Assembly (NCBI GenBank): GCA_043815125.1
Contig: JBDRJH010000198.1
Location: 4,892 to 68,891 of the forward strand
Direction of reading: 5' to 3'
Source of the DNA: Verrucomicrobiota bacterium
Lineage (GTDB): Bacteria; Verrucomicrobiota; Verrucomicrobiia; Opitutales; Opitutaceae
Length of the DNA stretch: 64,000 nucleotides
Both the position numbers and the translations under genes were made by a program. Below the pieces are notes generated by a model. It was not told where the DNA came from and ran no database searches. It saw only the letters and a list, made by a program, of their open reading frames with translations. Shown here one piece after another: positions 56,286-64,000 of this stretch. How positions within the stretch are numbered: the stretch's first letter is position 1; each line of letters opens with the position of its first letter.

Positions 56286-57050
56286 ATGCCCAAGCGCCGT
56301 CAACTCCGTGGCTACGACCTCCGTCAGATCGACGGCTACGCCGAGCTCATCGGCGTCGACGAGGCCGGCCGCGGCGCGCTCGCCGGCCCGGTTGTCGCCG
56401 GGGCCGTGCTCGTCACCCGCGAGTTCCTCGAAAGCCGCTGGGCCGTCGCCAACGCCAACCGCATCAACGACTCCAAACAGCTCTCCGCGCCCGAGCGCGA
56501 GGCCCTCTGGTTCGAGTTCGACACGCTCCAGGCCGACGGCCTCATCCACGCCACCTACGGTGCCGCCGACGTGCGCGAGATCGAGCAGCTCAACATCCTC
56601 GGCGCCACCAAGCTCGCCATGCGCCGCGCCCTCGAGCAGATGCACCCGCCGACCGCCTTCCAGTTCACCCGCGAACCCGACCTCTTCGCCTCCGCCGAGG
56701 AGATCGCCGCCTACACCCCGGCCGTCAACGCCCGCATCCTCGTCGACGGCCTGCACCTGCGCAACTTCCCCTATCCGCACACCGGTGTGGTCAAGGGCGA
56801 CGGCCGCTCGCTCTGCATCGCCATGGCCTCGATCATCGCCAAGGTCACCCGCGACCGCCTGATGGACGCACTCGCGCTCGAGTTCCCCGACTACGGCTTC
56901 GACCGCCACAAGGGCTACGGCACCGAGGACCACCGCGACGCCGTGCTCCGCGTCGGTCGCTGCCCGCACCACCGCGACACCTTTCTGCGGAAGTTGCTCG
57001 CCGGCCGCGTCGACCCCGATCAGGTCGATTTCCTGACCGAAACGCCTTGA
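56286..57050 (+). CDS. rnhB: Ribonuclease HII.
   Basis: 'IGVDEAGRGALAGPVVAGAV', 'DSKQLS' and 'KGDGRSLCIAMASIIAKVTRD' are RNase HII catalytic motifs. Confidence 0.9.
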   Translation: MPKRRQLRGYDLRQIDGYAELIGVDEAGRGALAGPVVAGAVLVTREFLESRWAVANANRINDSKQLSAPEREALWFEFDTLQADGLIHATYGAADVREIEQLNILGATKLAMRRALEQMHPPTAFQFTREPDLFASAEEIAAYTPAVNARILVDGLHLRNFPYPHTGVVKGDGRSLCIAMASIIAKVTRDRLMDALALEFPDYGFDRHKGYGTEDHRDAVLRVGRCPHHRDTFLRKLLAGRVDPDQVDFLTETP

Positions 57051-57096
57051 ACCCCCGCACCACCATGGCCGGCAAAAAAACACCTCGCTCGACCGC

Positions 57097-58248
57097 GTGC
57101 TCGGACGTCTCGATTCCCTCGACGCCGCCTCCATGGCCAACCTCGTGCAACGCCTCGCCCGCGAGCGCGGCTTCTTCGAGGATGTGTTCGACGTGCTCCA
57201 GGAGGGCGTGCTCGTCATCGCGGCCGACGGCGAGATCGACTACGCCAACGCCTCCGCCCACCGCCTCATCGGGCTCGCCTCCGACGACCTCACCGGCGCC
57301 GTGCTCTGGCGGCTCGTGCCCGGGCTGCGTCCCTCGCTGGAGGCCGCGCTCGACGACGCCGAGCCGGCCCTGCCCGTCGTCACCCGCGAGATCGAGCTCA
57401 CCTATCCCGAGGCCCGCACGGTGCGCCTCTACATGGTTCCATTCACCGGGGAGGGCGCCGGCGCCGAGCGCCGCTTCGCGGTCATTCTCAGCGACATCAC
57501 CGCCGAGAAAAAGACCACCGAGGACCGCATCGAGGACGAGCGCACCTCGTCGATCCTGCTGCTGGCCGCCGGCGTCGCCCACGAGCTGGGGAACCCGCTC
57601 AACTCGCTCACCATTCACCTCCAGCTCATCGAGCGGAAGTTGCGCAAGCTCCAGGCGACCGCCGGCTCGGGTCGCGAGACCGCCGGCCTCGCCGACTCCA
57701 TCCGCATCTGCCAGGAGGAGGTCGGGCGGCTAGACGGCATCATCACCAACTTCCTCGACGCCATCCGGCCGCGTCCGCCCGATCTGGCCGAGATCAACCT
57801 CGCGGCCGTGCTGGCCGAGGTGCTCGACTTCCAGAGCCGGGAACTCGAGGACCGCGGCATCCAGGTCGAGGCCGACTTCGCCGGCCGGCTGCCCGCGGTC
57901 ATGGCCGACCGCAACCAGCTCAAGCAGGTCTTCTTCAACCTCACCAAAAACGCCATGGAGGCGATGGGCCCCGGCGGCCGCCTGCGCATCAAGGCCCGAA
58001 CCGACGACGACAACGTGTATCTGCTTTTTGGTGACAACGGCAGCGGCATCAAGCAGGCCGACCTCGCCAAGCTCTTCCAGCCCTACCACACGACCAAGAG
58101 CGGCGGACACGGCCTCGGCCTGATGATCGTGCAACGCATCCTGCGCGAGCACGGCGGTCAGGTCGGCATCGAGAGCCAGGAGGGCCGCGGCACCGTGGTG
58201 ACGCTGCAATTTCCCCGCAAGGACCGCCGCGTGCGCATGCTCAAGTAA
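57097..58248 (+). CDS. PAS-domain sensor histidine kinase (orphan; no adjacent response regulator).
   Basis: GTG start at 57097. PAS-like N-terminus, H-box '[14 protein letters not shown]', N-box '[12 protein letters not shown]', G1 'DNGSGI' and G2 'GGHGLGL'. Confidence 0.85.
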   Translation: MLGRLDSLDAASMANLVQRLARERGFFEDVFDVLQEGVLVIAADGEIDYANASAHRLIGLASDDLTGAVLWRLVPGLRPSLEAALDDAEPALPVVTREIELTYPEARTVRLYMVPFTGEGAGAERRFAVILSDITAEKKTTEDRIEDERTSSILLLAAGVAHELGNPLNSLTIHLQLIERKLRKLQATAGSGRETAGLADSIRICQEEVGRLDGIITNFLDAIRPRPPDLAEINLAAVLAEVLDFQSRELEDRGIQVEADFAGRLPAVMADRNQLKQVFFNLTKNAMEAMGPGGRLRIKARTDDDNVYLLFGDNGSGIKQADLAKLFQPYHTTKSGGHGLGLMIVQRILREHGGQVGIESQEGRGTVVTLQFPRKDRRVRMLK

Positions 58249-58296
58249 GTGCGCCGCGCCGGGCGAAAGCCTGGAGCCCGTTCGACAAATCATGTC

Positions 58297-58452
58297 GTAG
58301 CCGCGAGCGCCAGCGAGTGGAGCGTCTGGCCCACTCGCTGGCGCTCGCGGCTACGCTCCCAAAAATAGCCACCGTTTTGTTTGAACCGCTCCGAACAATG
58401 CGCGTCATCGTCCGACATGCGCGCAGCGGGCCTCGCGAGCGAGGCCCCTACG
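58297..58452. repeat. Composite intergenic repeat region: a 24-bp perfect-stem hairpin plus one REP unit of the GGGCCTCGCGAGCGAGGCCCCTAC family.
   Basis: GTAGCCGCGAGCGCCAGCGAGTGG (58297-58320) pairs perfectly with CCACTCGCTGGCGCTCGCGGCTAC (58331-58354). The REP unit GCGGGCCTCGCGAGCGAGGCCCCTACG lies at 58426-58452. Confidence 0.65.
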
Positions 58453-58460
58453 CGCCGTGC

Positions 58461-60617
58461 TCACCCCCTCGACTGGTAGGGGTGCAGGCGCAGGTCGAGG
58501 GTGGCGGGCATTTCCTCGATCGACTCGACGGCGGGGATGTAGCGCGCGTGGCCGATGGTGTGCGGCCAGGTCTCCCAACGCTCGGCGGCGCGCACGCGCG
58601 CCTCGTCGGCCGTGGCCGGCCGGTCGGCGTAGGGAGTGCCGGCCGGGTTCCACACATGCCAGCGGGCGGCGGCCAGCACGCAGAGGGTGTGCCGCCCGAC
58701 CCACTCGATGAGCAGCGGCGCGTGCGCCGGCACGTGCGGCTGCAGGCCCGGGCAGATATAAAACGCGCGGTAGCGCACGCCGGCCGCCGACGCGCCGTCC
58801 TCCGTGGCGCGAAACTCGACCGGGATGCCGTTGACCAGCAACAGGCCGTGCTCGAGCGCGGACGCGTCCGTCAGTGAAAATTCGATACGGTCCATGCTGG
58901 CGTCGACCGTGCGCGAAACGCCGCCGCCGTTGGGCGACTCGCCGAGCAGGGGCCAGGCCTCGAGGGCCTGTCGCACGACCAGCCTTGGTGCGGGGGCCTC
59001 CGGGTCCCAGGCGGGCAGTTCGAGTTCGCCGAGCACCGGGCAGCGCCAGTCGATCAGCGGGGCGAGCCACGCGGAGTCGAAGGGGATGCCGTGGGCCCGC
59101 AGGTCGGCGCAGACCGCGTCGAGGTCCTCCTTGATGAAGGCGGGCAGGAAATACTTGTCGTGCAGGGCGTGGCCCCAGCGCCTGAAGGGTTTTTCAAACG
59201 GCTCGGCCGCGAGACGCGCGAGGATGGCGCGCAGGAGCAGCGCGGGGATGCCCTGCAGGCGGGGATCGGGGTGCGTCTCGAAGGCGCGGAACTCGACCAG
59301 ACCGAGACGGCCGTTGCCGGCGAAGGGATTCCAGAGCTTGTCGACGCTGATCTCGGCGCGGTGGGTGTTGCCCGAGCGGTCCATGAGCAGGTCGCGGAAG
59401 AGCAGGTCGAAGAGCGGCAGGTTGGCGGGCGAGCCAAGTCGCACGGCCCCGCGGCAGGCGAGCTCGAGTTCGTAGGGCGCCTCGAAGGTCGACTCGTCGA
59501 TGCGCGGGGCCTGCGAGCTGGGTCCGAGGTATTGGCCGCTGAAGGCGTAGCTGAGGCCGGGGTGGTGCTGGAAGTAGCGGATGACCGAGGGCAGCAGGTG
59601 CGGTGTGGTGAAGAAGGGCGAGGTCTCGGGGGTGGGGCCGCCGAAGACCATGTGGCAACCGCCGCCGGTGCCGACGTGGCGGCCGTTGAGCTGGAACTTG
59701 CGCGCGCACAGGCCGGCGTCGCCGGCGGCGGCGTAGAGGGTGTGCAGCTGCCGGTCGAAACCGGTCCAGTCGGGCTCCGGGGTGAGGTTGATCTCGAGCA
59801 CGCCGGGGTCGGAGGCGAACCCGATGGTGGGCAGCGCGGGGTCGGCGGGCGGGGCGTAGCCGGAGAGGCGCACGGCGAAGAGCTTGCAGTCGGCGAGGGC
59901 GGCCTCGATGTGACCGAGCAACTCGCAGTAGGCGTCGGTGAGTAGTGGCGGCACGAATACGGCGAGCGTGCCGCGGGAGAGCTCGACCGTCAGGGCGCGC
60001 TTGCGGCGGCCTTCGGCGAGCTTGTTCAGCGGCATGCGCAGGCCGGCCAGGCCGTCGCCTTGAAACAGCGGCACGTGACCCTCGGGAAAATCGGCGGCCC
60101 AGTCGTCGGTGAGCCACTTGCCTTCCTCGTGGTCGAGCGGGAGCACATGGCCGGCGGGCGCGGGCGGCTCGTCGGCGGAGAGCAGGGGGAGGGTGGCGTG
60201 TTTGCCCAGACCGAGCAACGGGACGAGGGCTTTGAGGAAGGCGTTCGCGTCGTCGAGGGTGTGGGGGCCTTCCTCGTCGTCGGCCTTGAGGCGGGTCGGG
60301 TCCTTCCAGAGCGGGGTGCCGTCGGCGCGGGTTTGCAGGAGCAGCGTCCAGCGGGGCAGGGGCTCGCCGGGGTAGTGCTTGCCGGAGGTCTCAAGGATGA
60401 CGGCGCCGGGCCGGTCGCGTTGGATGAGCGCGTGCGCGCAGCGGCGGGCGTGGTCGAGCTTGGTCGGCCCGAGCGCGGCGGTGGCCCACTCGGCGCCTTC
60501 GGGGTTGTGGGGGATGAAGGTGGGCTCGCCGCCCATCGTGATGGTGACTCCGATGGACTTCAGGAGCGCCTCGATGGCGTCGCTGCACTGATGCGGACCG
60601 TTGACGGGTTTGCTCAT
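58461..60617 (-). CDS. DUF2126-type protein (putative amidoligase-like domain usually found fused to transglutaminase-like N-termini).
   Basis: ORF 58461..60962 trimmed to ATG 60617 ('MSKPVNGPHQCSDAIEALLKSIGVTITMGGEPTFIP...'). The translation upstream of this Met is P/A/S/R-rich junk. 'GGGCHMVFGG' and the overall length match DUF2126 family members as I remember them. Confidence 0.75.
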   Translation of the reverse strand: MSKPVNGPHQCSDAIEALLKSIGVTITMGGEPTFIPHNPEGAEWATAALGPTKLDHARRCAHALIQRDRPGAVILETSGKHYPGEPLPRWTLLLQTRADGTPLWKDPTRLKADDEEGPHTLDDANAFLKALVPLLGLGKHATLPLLSADEPPAPAGHVLPLDHEEGKWLTDDWAADFPEGHVPLFQGDGLAGLRMPLNKLAEGRRKRALTVELSRGTLAVFVPPLLTDAYCELLGHIEAALADCKLFAVRLSGYAPPADPALPTIGFASDPGVLEINLTPEPDWTGFDRQLHTLYAAAGDAGLCARKFQLNGRHVGTGGGCHMVFGGPTPETSPFFTTPHLLPSVIRYFQHHPGLSYAFSGQYLGPSSQAPRIDESTFEAPYELELACRGAVRLGSPANLPLFDLLFRDLLMDRSGNTHRAEISVDKLWNPFAGNGRLGLVEFRAFETHPDPRLQGIPALLLRAILARLAAEPFEKPFRRWGHALHDKYFLPAFIKEDLDAVCADLRAHGIPFDSAWLAPLIDWRCPVLGELELPAWDPEAPAPRLVVRQALEAWPLLGESPNGGGVSRTVDASMDRIEFSLTDASALEHGLLLVNGIPVEFRATEDGASAAGVRYRAFYICPGLQPHVPAHAPLLIEWVGRHTLCVLAAARWHVWNPAGTPYADRPATADEARVRAAERWETWPHTIGHARYIPAVESIEEMPATLDLRLHPYQSRG

Positions 60618-60633
60618 GGAAAAAAGAGGGTGT

Positions 60634-61494
60634 TCAGTCGAGTTTCTCGATGGTGATCTCCGCCTCCATCGTGGCGGAGGCGGGCACGTCGGTGGCGATG
60701 CCGCCCTGGATGGGGTTGATGCTCTCGGGCCGCGCGGAGTGGGCGACGGGGATGTAGCAGTCGTCGCAGAAGACGCCGTGGGTGGGGTCGATGGCCTTCC
60801 AGCCGGCGCCGGGCAGAAAGACCTCGATCCAGGCGTGCATGGCGCCGCGGGTGGTGTGGTCGTCGCCGGCGGGGGCGTAGAGGTAGCCGCTGACGAAGCG
60901 CGCGGCGATGCCGAGCGTGCGAAAGAGTTCGCAGGCGAACACCGCGGTGTCGCGACAGGCACCGGAGCCCTTGGCGATGGTTTCGAGCGGGGTCTGGATG
61001 CCCTCCTCCTCGCGGCGGGCGTAGGCGATGGCCTTGAAACACAGATCGGTCACCTGCGTCACCCAGGGCACCGTTTCCAAGGGAGGCGTGGGCAGGCGGG
61101 CGTCGAGCCACTCGCGCAGGGCGGTCTGCACGGGCGCGGCGGGCGGGATCAGGTAGGGATCCAGCGCGAAGTCGAACGCGGGGTCGTAGGCGAAGGGGAA
61201 GTTGAGCGCGTAGGACTTGAGCAGAAAATCGAAGGGGTTGTTGTCGAGCGTCTCGGCGGTGAAGCGGGAATCGATGGTCAACGTGTCGCCGCGTTCCCAA
61301 ACGTAGGCGCGCGCCATGTTGTTGTCCTGCGCGTCGCGAACATGCACGACCTTGCCGCCGGGCTGCACGTCGACGGTGTAGTCGGGCACCCGCAGCAGGG
61401 CCGACTCACGGGGGCGCAGATAGAGGAAGTGCGGGGTGAAGCCGACGATCCGATCATAGCGGTATCGGGTCAGGTGGGAGACGCGGAGCTTCAT
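60634..61494 (-). CDS. Transglutaminase-like family protein (Bact_transglu_N plus transglutaminase core).
   Basis: 'MKLRVSHLTRYRYD' is a typical N-terminus. The Cys-His-Asp core is 'GACRDTAVFACELFR', 'HAWIEVFLPGAGW' and 'AIDPTHG'. Confidence 0.85.
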   Translation of the reverse strand: MKLRVSHLTRYRYDRIVGFTPHFLYLRPRESALLRVPDYTVDVQPGGKVVHVRDAQDNNMARAYVWERGDTLTIDSRFTAETLDNNPFDFLLKSYALNFPFAYDPAFDFALDPYLIPPAAPVQTALREWLDARLPTPPLETVPWVTQVTDLCFKAIAYARREEEGIQTPLETIAKGSGACRDTAVFACELFRTLGIAARFVSGYLYAPAGDDHTTRGAMHAWIEVFLPGAGWKAIDPTHGVFCDDCYIPVAHSARPESINPIQGGIATDVPASATMEAEITIEKLD

Positions 61495-61620
61495 GCGGAC
61501 GTTTTCAATTCAGCAAGAGTCCTGCCAAGCGGTCCCGGGCGCAAGCCGGCAGAAGGAAGCGACGTGTTGTTTCGTGTTTGGCAAGACGCGCGCCGGGTCC
61601 TTTGGTCGGCGCAGTCCGCC

Positions 61621-62181
61621 ATGCTGCCATCTGACGTCAATCTCTACCTGGTCGGGTTTATGGGAACGGGGAAAACCACCCTGGGCCGTGCCGTGGCCGT
61701 GCGGCTGGGCTTTCGCTGGATGGACAGCGACCACGAGATCGAGCGCCGCCAGGGCAAGCCGATCCCAGAAATCTTCGCGACGGAGGGCGAGCCGGCCTTC
61801 CGCGCGATGGAACGTGAATTTGTCGAACACGGCCACCCGTCCCAGAAACAAGTGGTGGCCTGCGGCGGCGGCCTGGTGGTGCAGCCGGGCATGCTCGACC
61901 TGCTCAAGGCCCGGGGCGTGGTCATTTGTCTGCACGCCTCCATCGAGACCATCCTGCGCCGCACCTCGGGCAACCGCTCGCGCCCGCTCATCGACGTCGA
62001 GGACCCCGAGAAACGCCTGCGCGAACTCTACGCGGCGCGCGAGGCGATCTACCGCCGCTCCGGCACGGTGGTGCTGACCGACGGGCGGCCGCTGGCCGAA
62101 ATCGTGCAGCATGTGCTGCGCATCCACCGCCGCGAGGCCGCGGACTTCGTGCGGGCGCAGGCCCGCGCCCGCCATGCCTGA
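61621..62181 (+). CDS. aroK: Shikimate kinase.
   Basis: In-frame tail of ORF 60601..62181 from ATG 61621. P-loop 'LVGFMGTGKTTLGR', 'DSDHEIE' and 'ACGGGLV'. Confidence 0.9.
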   Translation: MLPSDVNLYLVGFMGTGKTTLGRAVAVRLGFRWMDSDHEIERRQGKPIPEIFATEGEPAFRAMEREFVEHGHPSQKQVVACGGGLVVQPGMLDLLKARGVVICLHASIETILRRTSGNRSRPLIDVEDPEKRLRELYAAREAIYRRSGTVVLTDGRPLAEIVQHVLRIHRREAADFVRAQARARHA

Positions 62182-63322
62182 GGCCCCCCACCAGCGCCGC
62201 GAGGAGCTGCGCCGGCGTCTGCTGAGGCTGGGCTTCGACACGGTGCGCTTTGCCCGCGCCGAGGCCGTCATGGGGCCGCAATTGCGCGCCTGGCTCGACG
62301 CCGGGCATCACGCCGACATGTCCTGGATAGAGCGCGCGGCGGAGAAGCGTGGCGACCCGCGGCTGGTGCTGCCGGGCGCCCGCACGGTCATCATGCTCGG
62401 CGTCAATTACGGTCCGGTCGCGGCGCGTTCGGACGGCGGACCGGTCTGGGCGCGCTATGCGCTGCACGCCGATTATCACGACACCATCAAGCCCGGCCTG
62501 GTCGCCGCCGGCCGGGTGGTCGAGGAACTTTTCGGCGCGACGTCCGACGACTATCGTTACTACGTCGACACCGGCCCGGTGCAGGAGCGCGGCTGGGCGA
62601 CCCGCGCGGGTCTCGGGTTCACGGGCAAGAACGCCATGCTGATCTCGCGGGAACACGGCAACTGGCTGTTCCTCGCGACGATCTTGCTGCGGGCCGAAAT
62701 CGCGCCGGACGGCCCGCTGCTCGACTCGCTGGCGGGGCGCGACGACCTGGGCGCGCCCGGTCTGCTCTGCGGCAAGTGCACCCGGTGCATCGACGCGTGT
62801 CCGACCGACGCGATCGTGGCGCCGGGCACGGTGGACGCCCGCCGCTGCGTCTCCTACCAGACGATCGAGAACAAGGGCGTCATCCCCCGCGAACTGCGCG
62901 CCGGCATCGGTGACCGCATCTACGGCTGCGATGTGTGCCTGGAGGTGTGCCCCTGGAACCGCTTCGCCCGGGACGCGCGCAGCGTCTTGTTGACGGCGCG
63001 GGGCGAGATCCGCGAGCTGACCTTGCGCGCGTTGCTGGAGCTGACCCCGGAGCGTTTCGCGGAGGTCTTTCGCAAGACTGCGATCAAGCGCGTCAAACTC
63101 GCCGGCCTGCTGCGCAACGCCTGCATCGTGGCCGGCAACACCGGCGCGACGGAGTGCCTCGACATCCTCGTGCGGCTCGCCGCGGAGGCCGCGCCGCTGG
63201 TGCGCGCCCATGCCGTCTGGGCGGTGGCTCGGCTCGGCGCGCTGGACCGCCTGTCCGCCGTGCGCGCCGCCGAGACCGACCCCGCCGTGCTGGCCGAGTA
63301 TGCCGCGGAGTTTGTCACTTAA
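62174..63322 (+). CDS. queG: Epoxyqueuosine reductase QueG.
   Basis: ORF 62111..63322 trimmed to ATG 62174, which overlaps the aroK end by 8 nt. Two 4Fe-4S motifs, 'CGKCTRCIDACPTDAI' and 'CDVCLEVCPWNRF', and HEAT-like C-terminal repeats. Confidence 0.9.
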   Translation: MPEAPHQRREELRRRLLRLGFDTVRFARAEAVMGPQLRAWLDAGHHADMSWIERAAEKRGDPRLVLPGARTVIMLGVNYGPVAARSDGGPVWARYALHADYHDTIKPGLVAAGRVVEELFGATSDDYRYYVDTGPVQERGWATRAGLGFTGKNAMLISREHGNWLFLATILLRAEIAPDGPLLDSLAGRDDLGAPGLLCGKCTRCIDACPTDAIVAPGTVDARRCVSYQTIENKGVIPRELRAGIGDRIYGCDVCLEVCPWNRFARDARSVLLTARGEIRELTLRALLELTPERFAEVFRKTAIKRVKLAGLLRNACIVAGNTGATECLDILVRLAAEAAPLVRAHAVWAVARLGALDRLSAVRAAETDPAVLAEYAAEFVT

Positions 63323-63333
63323 TAAGTGACAAA
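63311..63333. terminator. AT-rich palindrome spanning the queG stop codon. It has the same core as 30957-30987.
   Basis: TTTGTCACTT-AAT-AAGTGACAAA. The TAA stop of queG (63320-63322) lies at the centre of the palindrome. Confidence 0.4.
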
Positions 63334-63339
63334 TGTAGT

Positions 63340-63451
63340 CGTAGGGGCCGCGCTCGCGCGGTCCGTTGAGTGCGGCCATGCGAGTTGCGCGTGGATTCAC
63401 GCGTGCAATGTGATCTCGTGTCCAACGGGCCTCGCGAGCGAGGCCCCTACG
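63340..63451. repeat. REPIN-like doublet of inverted GC-rich palindromic units.
   Basis: The left unit is CGTAGGGGCCGCGCTCGCGCGGTCCGTTG (63340-63368). The right unit is CAACGGGCCTCGCGAGCGAGGCCCCTACG (63423-63451). The spacer contains a further small hairpin, GCGCGTG-GATT-CACGCG. Confidence 0.75.
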
Positions 63452-63459
63452 TTGGCTGC

Positions 63460-63864
63460 TCAGGCGCCGAACAGCTCGTCCATGCGGGCGGTGAAGGCCG
63501 CGGGCGGGCGGACCGGGCGGCCGGCCTTGTCGATGAACACGTGTTGCGTGGCGGCGGTGGCGATCAACTCCTCGCCGCGGCGCAACTCGTAGGCGATGTT
63601 GATGCGCAGGCCGGGCTTCTCGGCGATGCGCGAGAGGATGGTGATGGTGTCGTCGTAGCGGGCGGAGCGCAGGTATTTCACGTTCACCTCCAGCACGGGC
63701 AGAAAGTAGCCCTGTGCCTCGAGGTCGCGGTAGGGGATGCCCTCGGCCTTGAGCAGCTCGGTGCGGCCGATCTCCAGCCAGGGCAGGTAGCTGCCGTGGT
63801 AGACGATGCCCATCATGTCGGTCTCGGCGTAGCGGACCTGGACGCTGGAGAGGTGTTCGATCAT
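63460..63864 (-). CDS. Acyl-CoA thioesterase, 4HBT/YbgC hotdog-fold family.
   Basis: ORF 63460..63951 trimmed to ATG 63864. 'VQVRYAETDMMGIVYHGSYLPWLEIGRTELL' is the typical YbgC-type N-terminal catalytic Asp context. Confidence 0.85.
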   Translation of the reverse strand: MIEHLSSVQVRYAETDMMGIVYHGSYLPWLEIGRTELLKAEGIPYRDLEAQGYFLPVLEVNVKYLRSARYDDTITILSRIAEKPGLRINIAYELRRGEELIATAATQHVFIDKAGRPVRPPAAFTARMDELFGA

Positions 63865-63977
63865 GCGGTCACCATCGCCATGCAAACCGCGCCCGGGCTC
63901 AAGCAAAAGCCCCCTTCGCGCGGCATCCGCCCGCTTTTCCTCCGCCGCCACCGCCGGCTTGGATCGAGCGTCGGCGC

Positions 63978-64000
63978 AATAAAAACTAACCAGACAGGTT
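63978..64000. repeat. Partial copy, cut by the window edge, of the AT-rich AAATAAAAACTAACC/GGTTAGTTTTTATTT palindrome seen at 31071-31105.
   Basis: AATAAAAACTAACCAGACAGGTT is the exact reverse complement of 31083-31105. Confidence 0.4.

Noticed and set aside
60601-61620. The N-terminal 340 codons of ORF 60601..62181, as an extended protein fused to shikimate kinase.
   Set aside because: The upstream part is Gly/Ala/Asp/Val/Arg-rich, antisense to the well-supported transglutaminase-like gene (60634..61494). It has no motifs. The AroK P-loop follows directly after the internal ATG at 61621.
45991-63451. Possible CRISPR array suggested by recurring GC-rich palindromic units of about 28 nt.
   Set aside because: The units occur as inverted (not direct) pairs at four widely separated loci. 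Spacing between loci is irregular, 2.8 to 9.5 kb. There is no leader and there are no cas genes. The architecture fits REP/REPIN elements, not CRISPR.
31071-64000. The identical AT-rich palindrome at 31071-31105 and 63978-64000 could be att-like boundaries of a 33-kb mobile island.
   Set aside because: The interval contains core housekeeping genes (dnaE, rpsU, mutY, aroK, queG, hprK, rnhB). It has no integrase, transposase or conjugation genes and no compositional break. The element is a palindrome located at gene ends, which is more consistent with a dispersed terminator-like repeat.

Overview
This is a high-GC bacterial chromosomal segment, almost entirely housekeeping. Several features together suggest a Verrucomicrobiota (Opitutaceae-like) genome, which is inference only: a PEP-CTERM protein, a PSCyt1-type CxxCH domain, a MurC-MurB fusion, RNase HIII next to RNase HII, and a Bat/MoxR operon.

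Layout:
- 1-9.1 kb: secreted glycan-degrading proteins (a GH3 with F5/8-type-C modules, and a clan-A hydrolase with CBM6) plus a GntR/LacI-type regulator.
- 9.3-29.0 kb: a complete dcw division/cell-wall cluster, mraZ-rsmH-ftsL-ftsI-murE-murF-mraY-murD-(LysM lipoprotein)-ftsW-murG-murC/B-ddl-ftsQ-ftsA-ftsZ.
- 29.1-31.6 kb: PEP-CTERM protein, AraC regulator and VOC enzyme.
- 31.6-39.2 kb, minus strand: Bat aerotolerance-type operon (moxR, small TM ORF, DUF58, batA, batB/C, batD, batE-like).
- 39.3-46.0 kb: ArfB-like factor, ClC channel, and a second MoxR-DUF58-transglutaminase module.
- 46.1-64 kb: hprK, DUF3127, an RsmB-family methyltransferase, dnaE, rpsU, a TIM-barrel isomerase, mutY, rnhC, rnhB, an orphan histidine kinase, DUF2126 plus a transglutaminase-like protein, aroK, queG and a thioesterase.

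I found no convincing new multi-gene system. There is no CRISPR array, integrase, transposase, toxin-antitoxin pair or defence island.

Observations worth a second look:
- A four-fold, 10-bp-phased TGGGN array upstream of mraZ, a likely MraZ operator.
- Two families of intergenic repeats: about 105-nt hairpins built from CGCA(A/G)AG repeats, and REPIN-like GTAGGGGCC...GGCCCGTTG doublets.
- AT-rich palindromes placed on stop codons.
- Five gene-disrupting lesions (three homopolymer frameshifts and two in-frame TAG codons). Four of them hit MoxR/Bat genes.
- A LysM lipoprotein inside the dcw cluster.
- A DUF3127 protein carrying an SSB-like acidic ...DEDVPF tip.

The very long R/G/A/P-rich overlapping ORFs in the track are high-GC artefacts.
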